Positions 28,611 to 41,006 are shown, counted from the first letter of the stretch. The stretch is DNA of 64,000 nucleotides from an uncultured Chloroflexia bacterium (GCA_963752475.1 CAVVYR010000007.1:352001-416000); one strand, 5' to 3'. The notes: generated from the sequence alone by a model not told the origin. Made by a program: numbers and translations.

Positions 28611-28850
28611 ATGAGTGGAATGCTCCAGCACAACGACGAGTACCGCGAGCGCGCCCAGAGCCGTCAGGCAGAAGCTCGTCGGTGGGCCGAGGTCGATCAT
28701 CTCTCCCGGCTCTCCAAGGCGAATCGTCCCAAGCGGCTCACGCGCCCGCACCACTATCACCACCATCACTCGATGCGTACAAGGTTGCGTGCCCTGCGCA
28801 TGCACCTGCACGCGATGCACTCACCGTTCCACCTGCGACCGCATCACTGA
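28611..28850 (+). CDS. Small protein, cassette copy 2 (His-rich basic C-terminus)
   Basis: MSGMLQHNDEY...RRWAE...HHYHHHHSM...LRPHH; leader nearly identical to copy 1. Confidence 0.7.
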   Translation: MSGMLQHNDEYRERAQSRQAEARRWAEVDHLSRLSKANRPKRLTRPHHYHHHHSMRTRLRALRMHLHAMHSPFHLRPHH

Positions 28851-28889
28851 GCACTGCGCTCCGGTGCGATGCCCTGGGTCCGATCCGCT

Positions 28890-28925
28890 AGCGGCGGGGT
28901 CCTGACGAACCGGACCCCGCCGTTT
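28890..28925 (+). terminator. Hairpin after small-protein copy 2
   Basis: AGCGGCGGGGTCC...GGACCCCGCCGTTT. Confidence 0.6.
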
Positions 28926-28974
28926 CGCGTGCATCAGTCGCCGTGCTCGCGCCTCAGGTAGCATCGGGTCACCC

Positions 28975-30614
28975 ATGACCGACCGACGCCGTTTCTACCT
29001 GACCACCGCCATCGCCTACGCCAACAACAAGCCGGGCCTGCACACCCTCTACGAGGTCGTAGGTGCCGACGTCATCGCCCGCTGGCATCGCATGATCGGC
29101 GACGAGACCCAATTCCTCACCGGCACCGACGAGTACTCGGTGAACATCGCTACCACCGCCGCCGAGCAGGGCCTCTCGCCCAAGGCGTTCGTCGACGGCA
29201 ACGTGGCCCTCTTCCAGGCTGCTGAGGACGCGCTGGGCATCAGCCCCGACCGCTTCATCCGCACGACGGACCCCGACCACACCGACGCCGCACACGAGAT
29301 GATCCGCCGCGCCTATGAGGTCGGAGACATCTACCTCGGCAAGTACGAGGGTTGGTACTGCCCCAACGAGGGCTTTCGCGCCAACAGCGACCTTGTCGAG
29401 GACGAGTCGGGCACGCACTGCCCCAACCACCCCGACGTCGAGCTGCAGTGGCTCAGCGAGAACAACTGGTTCTTCCGGCTCAGCGCCTACCAGGAACGCC
29501 TCGAGCAGTACTACGCCGATCATCCCGACTGGGTCGAGCCCGAATACCGCAAGAACGAGATGCTCGGCTTCATCCGCCAGGGCCTGGAGGACTTCAGCGT
29601 CAGCCGCGAAGGCGCCAGCTGGGGCATCCCGTTCCCGCTCATGCCCGACGGCTCCAGTGCCCAGCGCGACGACGGCACGTGGGATCCCGCGGCCGGCACC
29701 GTCTACGTCTGGTACGACGCGGTCATCAACTACATCACCGGTGCCGGCTTCCCGGGCGATATGGAGATGTTCGAGAAGTGGTGGCCCGTCGACCTGCACG
29801 TCATCGGCAAGGACATCAACCGTTTCCACACCATCTTCTGGCCGGCCATGCTCATGAGCGCCGGCCTGCCGCTGCCGCGCAAGGTCTGGGTCCACGGCTG
29901 GTTGCTGACCCAGGGCGAGCGCATGAGTAAGAGCCGCGGGAACTTCCTCGATCCCAACGACGTCGTAGCGACACTGGGGCGCGACGGCACGCGCTACACC
30001 GTGCTGTCCGAAGTCGCCTTCGACAAGGACAGCGACGTATCGTGGGACTCCTTCGTTCGTCGCTACAACGCCGATCTGGCCAACGACTTCGGCAACCTCC
30101 TCAATCGCTCGCTGTCGATGACCATGCGCTACCGGGGAGGGGAGCGCTCTGCGCCCACCGACGGGCGATCTCGCCGCAACCTGGAGCACCACCTTCGCCA
30201 CCTACGGCGAGAAGCTCGAGGCCTGCCTGCTGCACGAGGCGCTCGAGACGCTCTGGAGCTTCGTCGGTGAGGCCAACAAGTTCGTCGAGGCCGAACAGCC
30301 GTGGACGCTGGCCAAGGCCGCCAAGAACGGCGACACCGAGGCCGATGAGCAGCTGACAGGTGTGCTCGGCGACCTGCTCGAGGCCTGCCGCGTCATCGCC
30401 TTCGCGGCCGCACCCTTCATGCCAGCGGCAGCCGCGCGAGCCGCCTCCCAGCTGGGCGTGGGCTACGACTACGACGACGACGGCAACGGCGGCCCGGCCC
30501 TGCAGGAGCTCGCGTCCTGGGGCGCGCTTGAGCCCGGCGGTAGCATCGGTGCGGCAGAGCCCCTGTTCCCGCGACTCGAGACCGACGAGGCGGAGGGGGA
30601 GGCGCGGGGCGTAG
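28975..30614 (+). CDS. metG: Methionyl-tRNA synthetase (apparent +1 frameshifts near 30164 and 30605)
   Basis: FYLTTAIAYAN, FLTGTDE, YVWYDA, HVIGKDI, RMSKSRGN, DLANDFGNL; anticodon domain ANKFVEAEQPW and LFPRLE continue in the +1 frame. Confidence 0.92.
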
Positions 30615-30625
30615 AGGAGGCTCCC

Positions 30626-30987
30626 ATGGCCATCGGCGAGATCACCCACATCGAGCTCCCCAGCGACGACCCCGAGCGCGCCCAGACCTTCTACTCCGAG
30701 CTGTTCGGCTGGCCCATGCGGCAGGTCGAGGGGATGCCGGACTACACCATGTTCCAGAGCGGGCCGGGCGAATTCGGCGGAGCCATCGGGAAGCGCGGCG
30801 TGAGCGCCCCCGACCGCTGCGCCTCTACGTCGAGGTCGAGTCGCTCGATGTGAGCGTGGCCAAGGTCATGGAGCTCGGTGGCAGCGTCGCCGTCGAGATC
30901 ACCGACGTGCCCGGGCAGGGCCGCTACGCCGCGGTGATCGATACCGAGGGCAACGAGATCGGCCTGTGGGAGGCCGCGCCTGCCTGA
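30626..30987 (+). CDS. VOC family protein (apparent -1 frameshift near 30817)
   Basis: AGGAGG RBS; ITHIELPSDDPERAQTFYSELFGW, then in another frame LYVEVESLD...IDTEGNEIGLWE-stop. Confidence 0.8.
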
Positions 30988-31822
30988 GCTGAACCCGGCC
31001 GGGCTACGCCTGGTCGACTCCCACGCCCATATCCAGACGCAGGCCTTCGAAGAGGACGGCGACGAGGTCCTCGCCGCCGCGATCGCTGCCGGGGTCGAGC
31101 GCATCCTCGTGCCCGGCTTCGACATCCCCACCACCCACCAGGGGCTCGAGTTCGGGCGACGCCACGGTCTCAAGACGACCGTCGGCATCCACCCGCACAT
31201 CGCCTCCACCGTCGACGACGCGATGTGGGAACAGGTGCGCGAGCTGGCGGCACGCTCGACGACGTCGTGGGCATCGGCGAGACCGGCCTCGACTACGACC
31301 GCGGCTTCAGCCCGCGTGAGGACCAGCTGCGCAACCTGCGAGCGGCATATCACGCTGGCCTACGAGACCGGCGAGTCGCTGACCCTGCACTGCCGCTCCA
31401 AGCCCGGTGAGCGTGACGCACAGGACGACCTCATCCGTCTCCTGCGTGATGGTGGCGCGGGCAGCGCTGAGTGGCAAGAACGCTTCGGCGACCGACCGCC
31501 GGGTGTGCTCCACTCGTACAGCGGGCCGGTGGACTACGCGGAGGCGGCGCTGGAGATGGGCTTCCTCATCGCCTTCGGTGGGCTCGTCTTCCGTCGCGGC
31601 GAGGAGCCCAGCGCAGACGTCGCCCGGATCACCCCGCTCGACCGGATCCTGACCGAGACCGACTCGCCCTACCTCAAGCCGAGGAAGGTCAAGGGCAGCC
31701 GCAACCAGCCGCTCAACGTGGCGGTCACGGCCAACTGGCTCTTCGACCTGCGAGACGACGATCGCGACGCGTTCGGTCAGGCTCTCGTCGACAACTTCGA
31801 CCGCTTCGTCGGGGTCGGCTGA
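30980..31822 (+). CDS. tatD: TatD family DNase (two compensating frameshifts near 31250 and 31339; start uncertain)
   Basis: LVDSHAH, VGIHPH, GIGETGLDY (alternate frame), LHCR, LHSYSG, ETDSPYL. Confidence 0.85.
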   Translation: MPELNPAGLRLVDSHAHIQTQAFEEDGDEVLAAAIAAGVERILVPGFDIPTTHQGLEFGRRHGLKTTVGIHPHIASTVDDAMWEQVRELAARSTTSWASARPASTTTAASARVRTSCATCERHITLAYETGESLTLHCRSKPGERDAQDDLIRLLRDGGAGSAEWQERFGDRPPGVLHSYSGPVDYAEAALEMGFLIAFGGLVFRRGEEPSADVARITPLDRILTETDSPYLKPRKVKGSRNQPLNVAVTANWLFDLRDDDRDAFGQALVDNFDRFVGVG

Positions 31823-31832
31823 CCGGATCTCC

Positions 31833-32855
31833 TCAGATACCCGATCCCGGACAGTCGATGTAGATCTCGAGGAAACGGGCATCGCTGCCGTTCACCGCGG
31901 ACTTCCACACCGGCACGCTCGGCTGACTGGGCGAAGCCACGCCCGGATCGGCCTTGATCACATCCGGCATCCCATCGACACGGTCCGCGATCTCGGCAAA
32001 GGCGCTGCCCCCGGCGCCCTCCCAGTAGGTGTCACCCTGGAGGTCGGAGGTGTACCAGGTGTGGCGCCCGGCCGCGGTGTGCATCTCCGCCGAGGCCGGC
32101 TGGCAGTGGTCGGCGTAGGTGACCAGATGGGTCTCCTTGTTCCAGTCGGCGAAGTCCGCAGCCACCTTGGGGTCCCACTTGGTGGGGTACCGGTCCATGA
32201 CGATGGTGTCGCCGACGCTGGGGATACCGTCGAGGTCGGAATCGACGAGCTTGCTGATGAGCACGTCACCGACGCCGAAGGCCTTGTTCCCGTCCAGGTC
32301 GGCGTAGGCCACGATGAGGTCCTTGGGTACTGGCTCCACCGGCACCACCGGCGGCTCGCAGCGGGCCTTTGGACCCGTGCCCACACCCTGGATGCAGCGG
32401 TCGATACCGACCCCGCCGTGGAGGCGGTCGTTGCCGCCCTGGCCGAAGAGCACATCTGGTCCCGGGCCGCCCGCGAGAAGGTCGCCGTGCAGCCCGCCCA
32501 TGAGTCGGTCGACCCCACCGCCGCCGAAGAGGCGGTCGGCACCGGCCTGTCCGGCGATGCGGTCGTGGCCGGCCTGGCCCGCGACGCGGTCGTTGCCCGG
32601 GCCGGCGCAGATGATGTCGTTGCCACCACGGCCGACGATGATGTCGGCCCCGCCCTTGGCCACGATGACGTCACGCTTGGCCGTGCCCTTGAGGACGTCG
32701 GCCTTGTCGGTGCCCACGATGGTGGCTCTGTGGCCCATGCACTTGGGCTTCTTGGCCGCGGCAGCGGGTGCGGCGATGGCGGCGATCGCGAGTGCCGCGG
32801 CCAGGGCCGCACTGACGAGGATGGTGGATGTCCGCTGACCGCTGCGCGCCATCAT
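31833..32855 (-). CDS. Secreted protein with hemolysin-type Ca-binding (GGxGxD) repeats
   Basis: Signal peptide; CMGHRATIVGT..DVL.GT..RDVI; repeated GRGGND, GPGND, GQAGAD, GGGGVD, GGPGPD. Confidence 0.82.
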   Translation of the reverse strand: MMARSGQRTSTILVSAALAAALAIAAIAAPAAAAKKPKCMGHRATIVGTDKADVLKGTAKRDVIVAKGGADIIVGRGGNDIICAGPGNDRVAGQAGHDRIAGQAGADRLFGGGGVDRLMGGLHGDLLAGGPGPDVLFGQGGNDRLHGGVGIDRCIQGVGTGPKARCEPPVVPVEPVPKDLIVAYADLDGNKAFGVGDVLISKLVDSDLDGIPSVGDTIVMDRYPTKWDPKVAADFADWNKETHLVTYADHCQPASAEMHTAAGRHTWYTSDLQGDTYWEGAGGSAFAEIADRVDGMPDVIKADPGVASPSQPSVPVWKSAVNGSDARFLEIYIDCPGSGI

Positions 32856-32987
32856 GAGCGACCCCCTACGTGCCGGATCACCCAGTGCCATCGGGAACGG
32901 CCGGCGCGACCACTCTGGAGGCGATCCTGGCTTCCGATTATGCGCCACGCGGCAAAGGGAGCACCGCTCGACCTCGTTTGACGAGAG

Positions 32988-33608
32988 GTGAATGATTCTC
33001 TTGTTCGCGATCGTCTAGTGGTCGTGATGGGAGGCATCGAAGTGCTGGGCAACCAGCTCCGGGACTCGACCGTGGAAGGGGTACGCGACGCGACGTCTCA
33101 GGACGCCGCGCGCGAGGCCGCCTTCCATCGTCTGGTCGATGAGCATCTCGATCGGGCCTACCGACTGGCTGCCGTCGTGCTGCATGACAGGACCGAGGCG
33201 CAGGATGCCGTCCATGATGCGTTCCTGACCGCTTGGCGCAAGTACGACTCACTGCGCGATGCGTCCCGCTTCGAGGCCTGGTTCGATCGCATCGTGGTCA
33301 ATACCTGCCGCGACCGGATGCGCCATGCCCGCCGGCTCCAAGTCCGTGACATCTCGATCGGACCCGACGTCCCGGGTGTCGACACGACCGGATCGATCCC
33401 CGACGAGCTCATCATCCAGCGCGCGTTGCGGCAGCTGGGACCCGACGATCGCATCGTGCTCGCCCTGCGCTTCTACCGCGACATGAAGGTGGACGACATC
33501 GCCACGGCCATGGGCATCCGGCCGCGCGCGGCGACCTCGCGCCTGCATCGGGCGCTCGAGCGGCTGCGCCACATCCTCGATGAAGACCAGACGGAGGCCA
33601 CGAGATGA
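32988..33608 (+). CDS. ECF (sigma-70 group 4) sigma factor; true start may be downstream
   Basis: EAQDAVHDAFLTAW, FEAWFDRIVVNTCRD (region 2); LALRFY...IATAMG...SRLHRA (region 4). Confidence 0.9.
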   Translation: MNDSLVRDRLVVVMGGIEVLGNQLRDSTVEGVRDATSQDAAREAAFHRLVDEHLDRAYRLAAVVLHDRTEAQDAVHDAFLTAWRKYDSLRDASRFEAWFDRIVVNTCRDRMRHARRLQVRDISIGPDVPGVDTTGSIPDELIIQRALRQLGPDDRIVLALRFYRDMKVDDIATAMGIRPRAATSRLHRALERLRHILDEDQTEATR

Positions 33609-34343
33609 ACGAGCGCGGCCTCGAGACCCGGCTTCGCGACACCTATCGCACCGAAGCCGCACAGGCAGACCCGGGTGCGCTCGTCGAGCGCGTGCATTCC
33701 ATCCCCGCCATGGCTGAGCCGGAGCGCCGGCGCTGGTGGCATCGCTTTCGGTCCGACGCGACGCGACACGTCGGGCCCGGCGGGACACAGATAAGAGGAG
33801 CAGGAAACATGTTGACTGCAACACGCATCGCCGCGGTGGTCGCCGCCATCGCCTTGGGTTCCACATTCCTGGCGGTCCAGGTCGGGGTGCCGGATGACGG
33901 CGCACCGGCACCCGGGGCGTCTTCCGGTGAGGCCTGGGTCACGGTGACCGGGACGCAGAGCCTCGGCGGTGCCAGCGGAGGATCGGTGGTCGGGCGCAAC
34001 ACGCGACATGAGCGACCCTCGTCTCGAAGGCGAGGTCCGCATCACCTACGAAGAGGGTATGTCCTCGGTCGACGATTCCGGGCTCAACTCCACGCTCTGG
34101 AGCTTGGTCACGATCACGAACGACGACGGCTCCTGGCATGGGCCATCGATAGGGTTCGTCGACGAGAGCGGAGTGCATCACCACTTCGGCTGGTACGAGG
34201 GCGCCGGCGACTACGAAGGGCTGGTCTTCCTCGAGCAGCTGACTGAGGAACTGGCCAGTGCCGGCATGGACCTCGATATCGCCGGGCTTGTCTACGAGGG
34301 TGAGCTTCCGCCGTTGGTCCTCCCGGCACCGGCCACCGACTGA
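33605..34343 (+). CDS. Putative membrane anti-sigma factor (apparent +1 frameshift near 34004)
   Basis: ATGA overlap with the sigma gene; LETRLRDTY N-domain, TM helix, then MSDPRLEGEV beta-rich domain in the shifted frame. Confidence 0.65.
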
Positions 34344-34411
34344 CGATCCAGATCTCATCGACTCCTCCTGGTCGGGCCTCGGTGGCGCCTGAGCCGCCGG
34401 GGCTCCTCCCG

Positions 34412-35171
34412 TCAGTCGTGTCGGCTGACCAGGGCCTTCGTCAGCTCGGTGCCATCGGCGGTGCTGATGCGGCAGGCCACCTGCGTGTCGCTGACACGCC
34501 AGCTACTGACTTCGATGGGGGTACCGGGCAGCGCCGGCAGTACGTAGCCGATGCGATAGCAGTCCGCCCTCTCGAGCCGTTGGTCCTCGGGCAGCCGGCC
34601 GATCCCGTCTTCGATCATGTCCACGTAGGCGGCATTGTTCATGTGCCGCATCGGGTCCACGTCCAGCGGGCGGACGCGGGTCGAGAGCTTCGCCGGTTCG
34701 ACCTCAGGCTCGGGCAGCGTGATCCTGTCGCGCGCGAACTGGGTGTCGACCGAGAAGTAGTGAGCGATCTCCTCGGGCACCTTGGCGGGCCGGCCTTCGA
34801 CGGTCAGGAGCACCCAGTCGGTATCGACCGTGGCCATCAGGCCGTCGCCCCCACGTCCATCCTCCGAGCCGATACGCCGAACCTCAGTGTGCCGCCGCGC
34901 CCACACGTGCCGCCAGCCGATGACCTGCGTGCTGATCGAGAGCACGTCGCCGTAGGTGATCGGCTGCATCAGCGAGACATGCACGTTTCGCACGAGCCAG
35001 TTCATGCCTCGGGTCCCGTACCAGGCCGCGGTCGAAACCGGCCTCGGTGCTGTGCCGCCAGGCCATGTCCTGGGCGTAGCGCAGCAGGCCCGATGGGCGC
35101 AGCCATCCATCCGCGTCGGCCTCGTCGAAGCGAACGCGGTACTCATGCTCGATGCGGAGCCTGGGTTCCAT
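34412..35171 (-). CDS. Acyl-ACP thioesterase (apparent +1 frameshift near 35025)
   Basis: MEPRLRIEHEYRVRFDEAD...LLRYAQDMAWRHS in one frame; WLVR...DVDPMRHMNNAAY in the next. Confidence 0.85.
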
Positions 35172-35258
35172 GCCTCGAGTGTATGGCGGATCGCGCCGAT
35201 GCCACGTTGTCGGCGATTCGACAGCCACGCGCGGTGCCGTTCCCGTACGATGCCGTCC

Positions 35259-38200
35259 GTGGATTGCCGGTCCTGTGGCACGGCTCTGACCGCAGGCGCG
35301 CGTTTCTGTGCGTCCTGTGGTGCGCCCGTGTCTGCCGGATGTGGCGGCTGCGGTGCCGAGCTGCCGCAGGGCGCGCGCTTCTGCCCGGCCTGTGGCGCCG
35401 CCGCCGACGAGGTAGCACCACCCTCCGATGAGGTCCGCACGGTGACCATCAGCGGCACTCGCGATCCTGGCCGTGAGCGCAAGCTGGCCACGCTCCTCTT
35501 CGCCGACATCGTCGACTTCACCGCGCTCAACGAGGCACAGGACCCCGAGCTCGTCTCCGGGCTCGTAGGCGCCACCTTCGAGCGCCTCGCACGCGAGGTC
35601 GAACGCTACGAGGGCACCATCGAGAAGTTCGCCGGCGATGCCATCCTCGCGGTCTTCGGCGTGCCCGCCACCCACGAGGACGACCCCGAGCGTGCCGTCC
35701 GAGCCGCGCTCGAGATGCAGTCGGTGGCGCAGACCATGGCCTCGGACGCGCGCGGGGGGCCGGCCCTCAAGCTACGCATCGGCGTCGAGACCGGTGAAGT
35801 CCTCGTCGACCGCGCACGCGCTGCTTCCGAGCGCGACCTGTTCGTCACGGGCGACGCGGTCAACGTGGCGTCCCGGCTACAGGACGTGGCCCAGCCGGGC
35901 ACCGTCGTGGTCGGCCCATCGACGTATGCCGCCACCCGCGAATCGGTCGACTTCGACGAGCTGGAGCCGCAGGAGCTCAAGGGCAAGAAGTGCTCGGTCG
36001 CGGCCTGGCGCGCGGTCTCGGTCAGGTCCGGCCGCGGTGGTCGGCACACGCGCTTGGGCATGGAGTCGCCGATGGTCGGTCGGGCCAGTGAGCTGACGCT
36101 GCTGAAGGAGACCGTGCGCCGGACCATCGAGGATGGCCGACCACATCTCGTGACCGTCATCGGCGGCGCCGGCGTGGGCAAGAGCCGGCTCGCCTGGGAG
36201 CTGGAGAAGTACCTCGATGGCCTGCCCGAGCGCTACGTCTGGCGCAAGGGCCGCTGTGTGGCCTATTCGAGCGCCAGCTTTGGGCCCATCGCCGAGGTCG
36301 CCAAGACCGACGCCCGCATCCTCGATGACGACCCACCGACGGTGGCCCGAGGCAAGCTGGCCACCCGCCTGCGCGAGCTCGACCTCGGTGCCGACGAAGT
36401 TGCGGTGCGCGATGCACTCGAGGCCGTGCTGGCCATCGGCGACGATCGCGAGCGGGCCCGGGAGGTGCTGTTCGAAGCCTGGCGTCGCTACTTCGCCGCC
36501 ATCTCCCGCGTGGCGCCGCTCGTGCTCGTCGTGGAGGACCTGCATTGGGCCGACGAGGGCGTCCTCGGTTTCCTCGACTTCCTCGCTCGCTGGGGTGAGG
36601 GCCCCATGGTCATCCTCGGACTCGCCCGTCACGAGCTGCTCGAATCGCACGCCAGCTGGGGCGGGGGACTGCGCAACGCCTCCACCATCGAGCTCGAACC
36701 ACTTGCTCGTGACGAGGCCTCGGCGCTGATGGAAGGGCTCCTCGATGGAGGTGTGCCGCCGGTGCTGGGCGAGCGCATCACCGCGCTGACCGAAGGCAAT
36801 CCGCTGTTCGCTGAGGAGATGGTGCGAATGCTCGTGGACCGCGGGACGCTGCGCTTCAACGATGGCCGTTGGCAGCTCGCGCGGCCGGTCGATGAGGTCG
36901 AGATCCCGAGCTCCGTGCAGGCCGTGCTGGCCGCCCGGCTCGATGCACTGCCGGAGAACGAGAAGCGGGTGGCGCAGGACGCCGCGGTCATCGGCCGGGT
37001 CTTCTGGGATCAGCTGGTGGCGCACATCGCGCGCGACGACGTCGACAAGACCAGCGAGCGCATCCGCCGCCTCCGCGTCAAGGACCTCGTCGTGCCGCGC
37101 GAGCCGTCGTCGATGACCGGGGCGGCCGAGTTCGGTTTCCGTCACGTGCTCATCCGCGACGTGGCCTACGAGTCGCTGCCCAAACGTGACCGTGCCGCAC
37201 TCCATCGCGAGATCGGCGAGTGGGCCGAGCGCGAGCTGGCAGACCGGCTCGATGAGTTCGCCGAGCTCGTCGCCAGCCACTTCGCCGCGGCCGTGGCCTA
37301 CGAGGAGGAGTTCGACCTCGTGGGTGGACCGCGACTGCAGGGACTTCGAGTCCAGGCCCGAGACGCGGCCATCCGCGCCGCCCGCCGCGCCTGGTCCATG
37401 AGCCAGTCGGGTGAAGCCAGTCGCTGGCTGCGCCTGGCCATGGAGCTGGCCTGGAAGACCGATCTGCCGGCGCGCCAGGTCGCGGCACTGGCGCTCGAAT
37501 ACGACGAGATCGCCTTCATGGTCGGCGGTGAGACCGAACAGGTCACCATCGCGCGGCGCGCGCTCGAGGCCATGGAGGCGCTGCCGGACCTGGCAGCGGA
37601 CGACCGGGACACGATCTCGCTGCTGCGCAACATGAAGGGCGCCTCGCAGTTCCACGCCGGCGATGTCGATGGCTCCAGACAGACGCTGCGGAAGGCGCTC
37701 GAGGCCCTGGGCGAGGGCCCGCCCACGAGCGTGCGGGCGCACCTCAAGGCCACTCTCGGCTGGACCTACTGGCGGGCCGGACCGGTGGATGAGGCCGTGC
37801 CCCTGTTGGAGGAAGCCGTGGCCGAAGCCGAGGCGGTCGACGACGCCCAGACCTTGCGCTGGGCCAGCCACGACTTGGGCGTGGCGCTGGGCATGCTCGG
37901 CGACCACGATGCCGCGGTCACCCGGGTGGAAGAATCGATGCGGCTGGCTCGGGAGGCCGGCGACCTGAACCTCGTCATGCGCTGCTACATCAACCTGCCG
38001 GCGATGTGCTCGGCTCGGGGCGATGACATCCGGCCGTTGGTCGAGATGGCCATCGATGGCATCGGCCACGCCCGTCGAGCTGCGGCCGGCAGCGTCGTCT
38101 GTTGGCTGGCCGGCAATGTCTCCGGCTTCCTGCGGGAGCTGGGCCGTCTCGACGAGGCCCTTGACTACGCCGACGAAGCCGTGGTCACGACCGAGGCCCA

Positions 38201-38840
38201 CGTGCCCGGGAACCTGGCCATGACTCTGTCAGACCGGGCCTCCCTGCATCGCCTTCGTGGCGAGTTGCCAGCGGCGCGCAGGGACGAGTCGCGGGTCGCG
38301 GAGCTCGATCTGGCGGTCGAGCCGCAAGTCAAGGCGCACCATCTCTTCGCCCGCGTCGCGGAACGGTGGGCGAGCGATCCGAAGGGCGCGCTGGGCATGC
38401 TGGCGGACTCCATATCGGCCGAGCCGGATTCGATCGATGAGCACGGCAAGATCGCCCTCTGGTACGCCCGTGGCAGCCTCCGTCTCGGTGATGATGACGG
38501 TGTGGCCTGGGCGGTCTCGATCGCGGAGGCCTTCAGTGACCGGTCCACGTCTAGCCAGCTCGCCCAACGTGACTGGATCGCTGGGCTCTCCGACGGCTCC
38601 AGGGGGCGCACCGTGGAGGCCGCCGCACAGGGACTCGAGGAGTTGGGGCTGCTCACCGCGGCCGCCGATGCGTGGGCAGATGCCGCGCTCCTGGCCGCCA
38701 GGGCCGGCCGCAAGTCGGCCGCGCTGGATCACGCCCTGGCCATCACCGAGCGCATCGGCATGCACCCGTTGCTGGGTCCGTTGCCCGAGACGCGCTGGTT
38801 GGAGCCCGCCGCCGCGACCGCCACCTCGACGCGCGAGTAG
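35259..38840 (+). CDS. Double zinc ribbon - class III cyclase - STAND/AAA ATPase - TPR-like protein (paralog 2)
   Basis: 4 x CxxC; [28 protein letters not shown]; [23 protein letters not shown]; start GTG 35259 (alternative ATG 35250). Confidence 0.92.
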   Translation: MDCRSCGTALTAGARFCASCGAPVSAGCGGCGAELPQGARFCPACGAAADEVAPPSDEVRTVTISGTRDPGRERKLATLLFADIVDFTALNEAQDPELVSGLVGATFERLAREVERYEGTIEKFAGDAILAVFGVPATHEDDPERAVRAALEMQSVAQTMASDARGGPALKLRIGVETGEVLVDRARAASERDLFVTGDAVNVASRLQDVAQPGTVVVGPSTYAATRESVDFDELEPQELKGKKCSVAAWRAVSVRSGRGGRHTRLGMESPMVGRASELTLLKETVRRTIEDGRPHLVTVIGGAGVGKSRLAWELEKYLDGLPERYVWRKGRCVAYSSASFGPIAEVAKTDARILDDDPPTVARGKLATRLRELDLGADEVAVRDALEAVLAIGDDRERAREVLFEAWRRYFAAISRVAPLVLVVEDLHWADEGVLGFLDFLARWGEGPMVILGLARHELLESHASWGGGLRNASTIELEPLARDEASALMEGLLDGGVPPVLGERITALTEGNPLFAEEMVRMLVDRGTLRFNDGRWQLARPVDEVEIPSSVQAVLAARLDALPENEKRVAQDAAVIGRVFWDQLVAHIARDDVDKTSERIRRLRVKDLVVPREPSSMTGAAEFGFRHVLIRDVAYESLPKRDRAALHREIGEWAERELADRLDEFAELVASHFAAAVAYEEEFDLVGGPRLQGLRVQARDAAIRAARRAWSMSQSGEASRWLRLAMELAWKTDLPARQVAALALEYDEIAFMVGGETEQVTIARRALEAMEALPDLAADDRDTISLLRNMKGASQFHAGDVDGSRQTLRKALEALGEGPPTSVRAHLKATLGWTYWRAGPVDEAVPLLEEAVAEAEAVDDAQTLRWASHDLGVALGMLGDHDAAVTRVEESMRLAREAGDLNLVMRCYINLPAMCSARGDDIRPLVEMAIDGIGHARRAAAGSVVCWLAGNVSGFLRELGRLDEALDYADEAVVTTEAHVPGNLAMTLSDRASLHRLRGELPAARRDESRVAELDLAVEPQVKAHHLFARVAERWASDPKGALGMLADSISAEPDSIDEHGKIALWYARGSLRLGDDDGVAWAVSIAEAFSDRSTSSQLAQRDWIAGLSDGSRGRTVEAAAQGLEELGLLTAAADAWADAALLAARAGRKSAALDHALAITERIGMHPLLGPLPETRWLEPAAATATSTRE

Positions 38841-38858
38841 CCCATCCCACGCTCCGGC

Positions 38859-38888
38859 TTGACATAGTGGGTCGGTCTGACATACAGT
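38859..38888 (+). promoter_or_regulatory. Sigma-70/A promoter of groESL
   Basis: TTGACA (38859-38864), 18-nt spacer, TACAGT (38883-38888). Confidence 0.75.
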
Positions 38889-38889
38889 T

Positions 38890-38916
38890 CTGGCACTCTC
38901 CACTCGAGAGTGCTAA
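38890..38916 (+). promoter_or_regulatory. CIRCE element (HrcA operator)
   Basis: CTGGCACTC-N9-GAGTGCTAA versus consensus TTAGCACTC-N9-GAGTGCTAA, upstream of groES. Confidence 0.92.
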
Positions 38917-39007
38917 TCAGTAAGCGATGCGGGCCGACCGGGCGCTCGGGACACCGGAAGCCAGCCCCCCGCCGCGAGAGAACACACAACACCAGGAGGG
39001 AATCGCG

Positions 39008-39310
39008 TTGGCGACTGCCACCAAGCTCCGCCCCCTCGGCGACCGCGTCGTCGTCCAGCCCATGGCCCGCGAGGAGATGACCTCCAGCGGCATCGTCCTG
39101 CCGGACACCGCCAACAAGGAGAAGCCGCAGGAAGGCGAGATCATCGCCGCCGGCCCCGGTCGTCTCGAAGATGGCGAACGTGAGCCGATGGACGTCAAGG
39201 TGGGGGACAAGGTCCTCTACGCCAAGTACGCCGGTACCGAGTTCAAGATCGGCGACGAAGAGCTGCTGATCATCAGCCAGAAGGACATCCTCGCCGTCGT
39301 CGAGGGCTAG
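39008..39310 (+). CDS. groES: Co-chaperonin GroES
   Basis: AGGAGG RBS, TTG start; [35 protein letters not shown]. Confidence 0.97.
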   Translation: MATATKLRPLGDRVVVQPMAREEMTSSGIVLPDTANKEKPQEGEIIAAGPGRLEDGEREPMDVKVGDKVLYAKYAGTEFKIGDEELLIISQKDILAVVEG

Positions 39311-39329
39311 GCCGCACACACGCACGTAA

Positions 39330-41006
<1,677 letters not shown>

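Noticed and set aside
30362-30853. MetRS-VOC fusion protein
   Set aside because: A strong AGGAGG precedes ATG 30626 and a TAG lies one base out of frame at 30612 in an indel-prone region; separate genes are more likely
31833-32855. RTX toxin
   Set aside because: Short protein with a Sec-type signal, no toxin domain and no type I secretion genes nearby; only Ca-binding repeats
35877-38201. Long antisense ORFs (also 47150-49819, 38729-40456, 53306-55438, 4866-6575 and others)
   Set aside because: Mirror frames of high-GC genes with few stop codons; no motifs; the opposite strand encodes recognisable proteins
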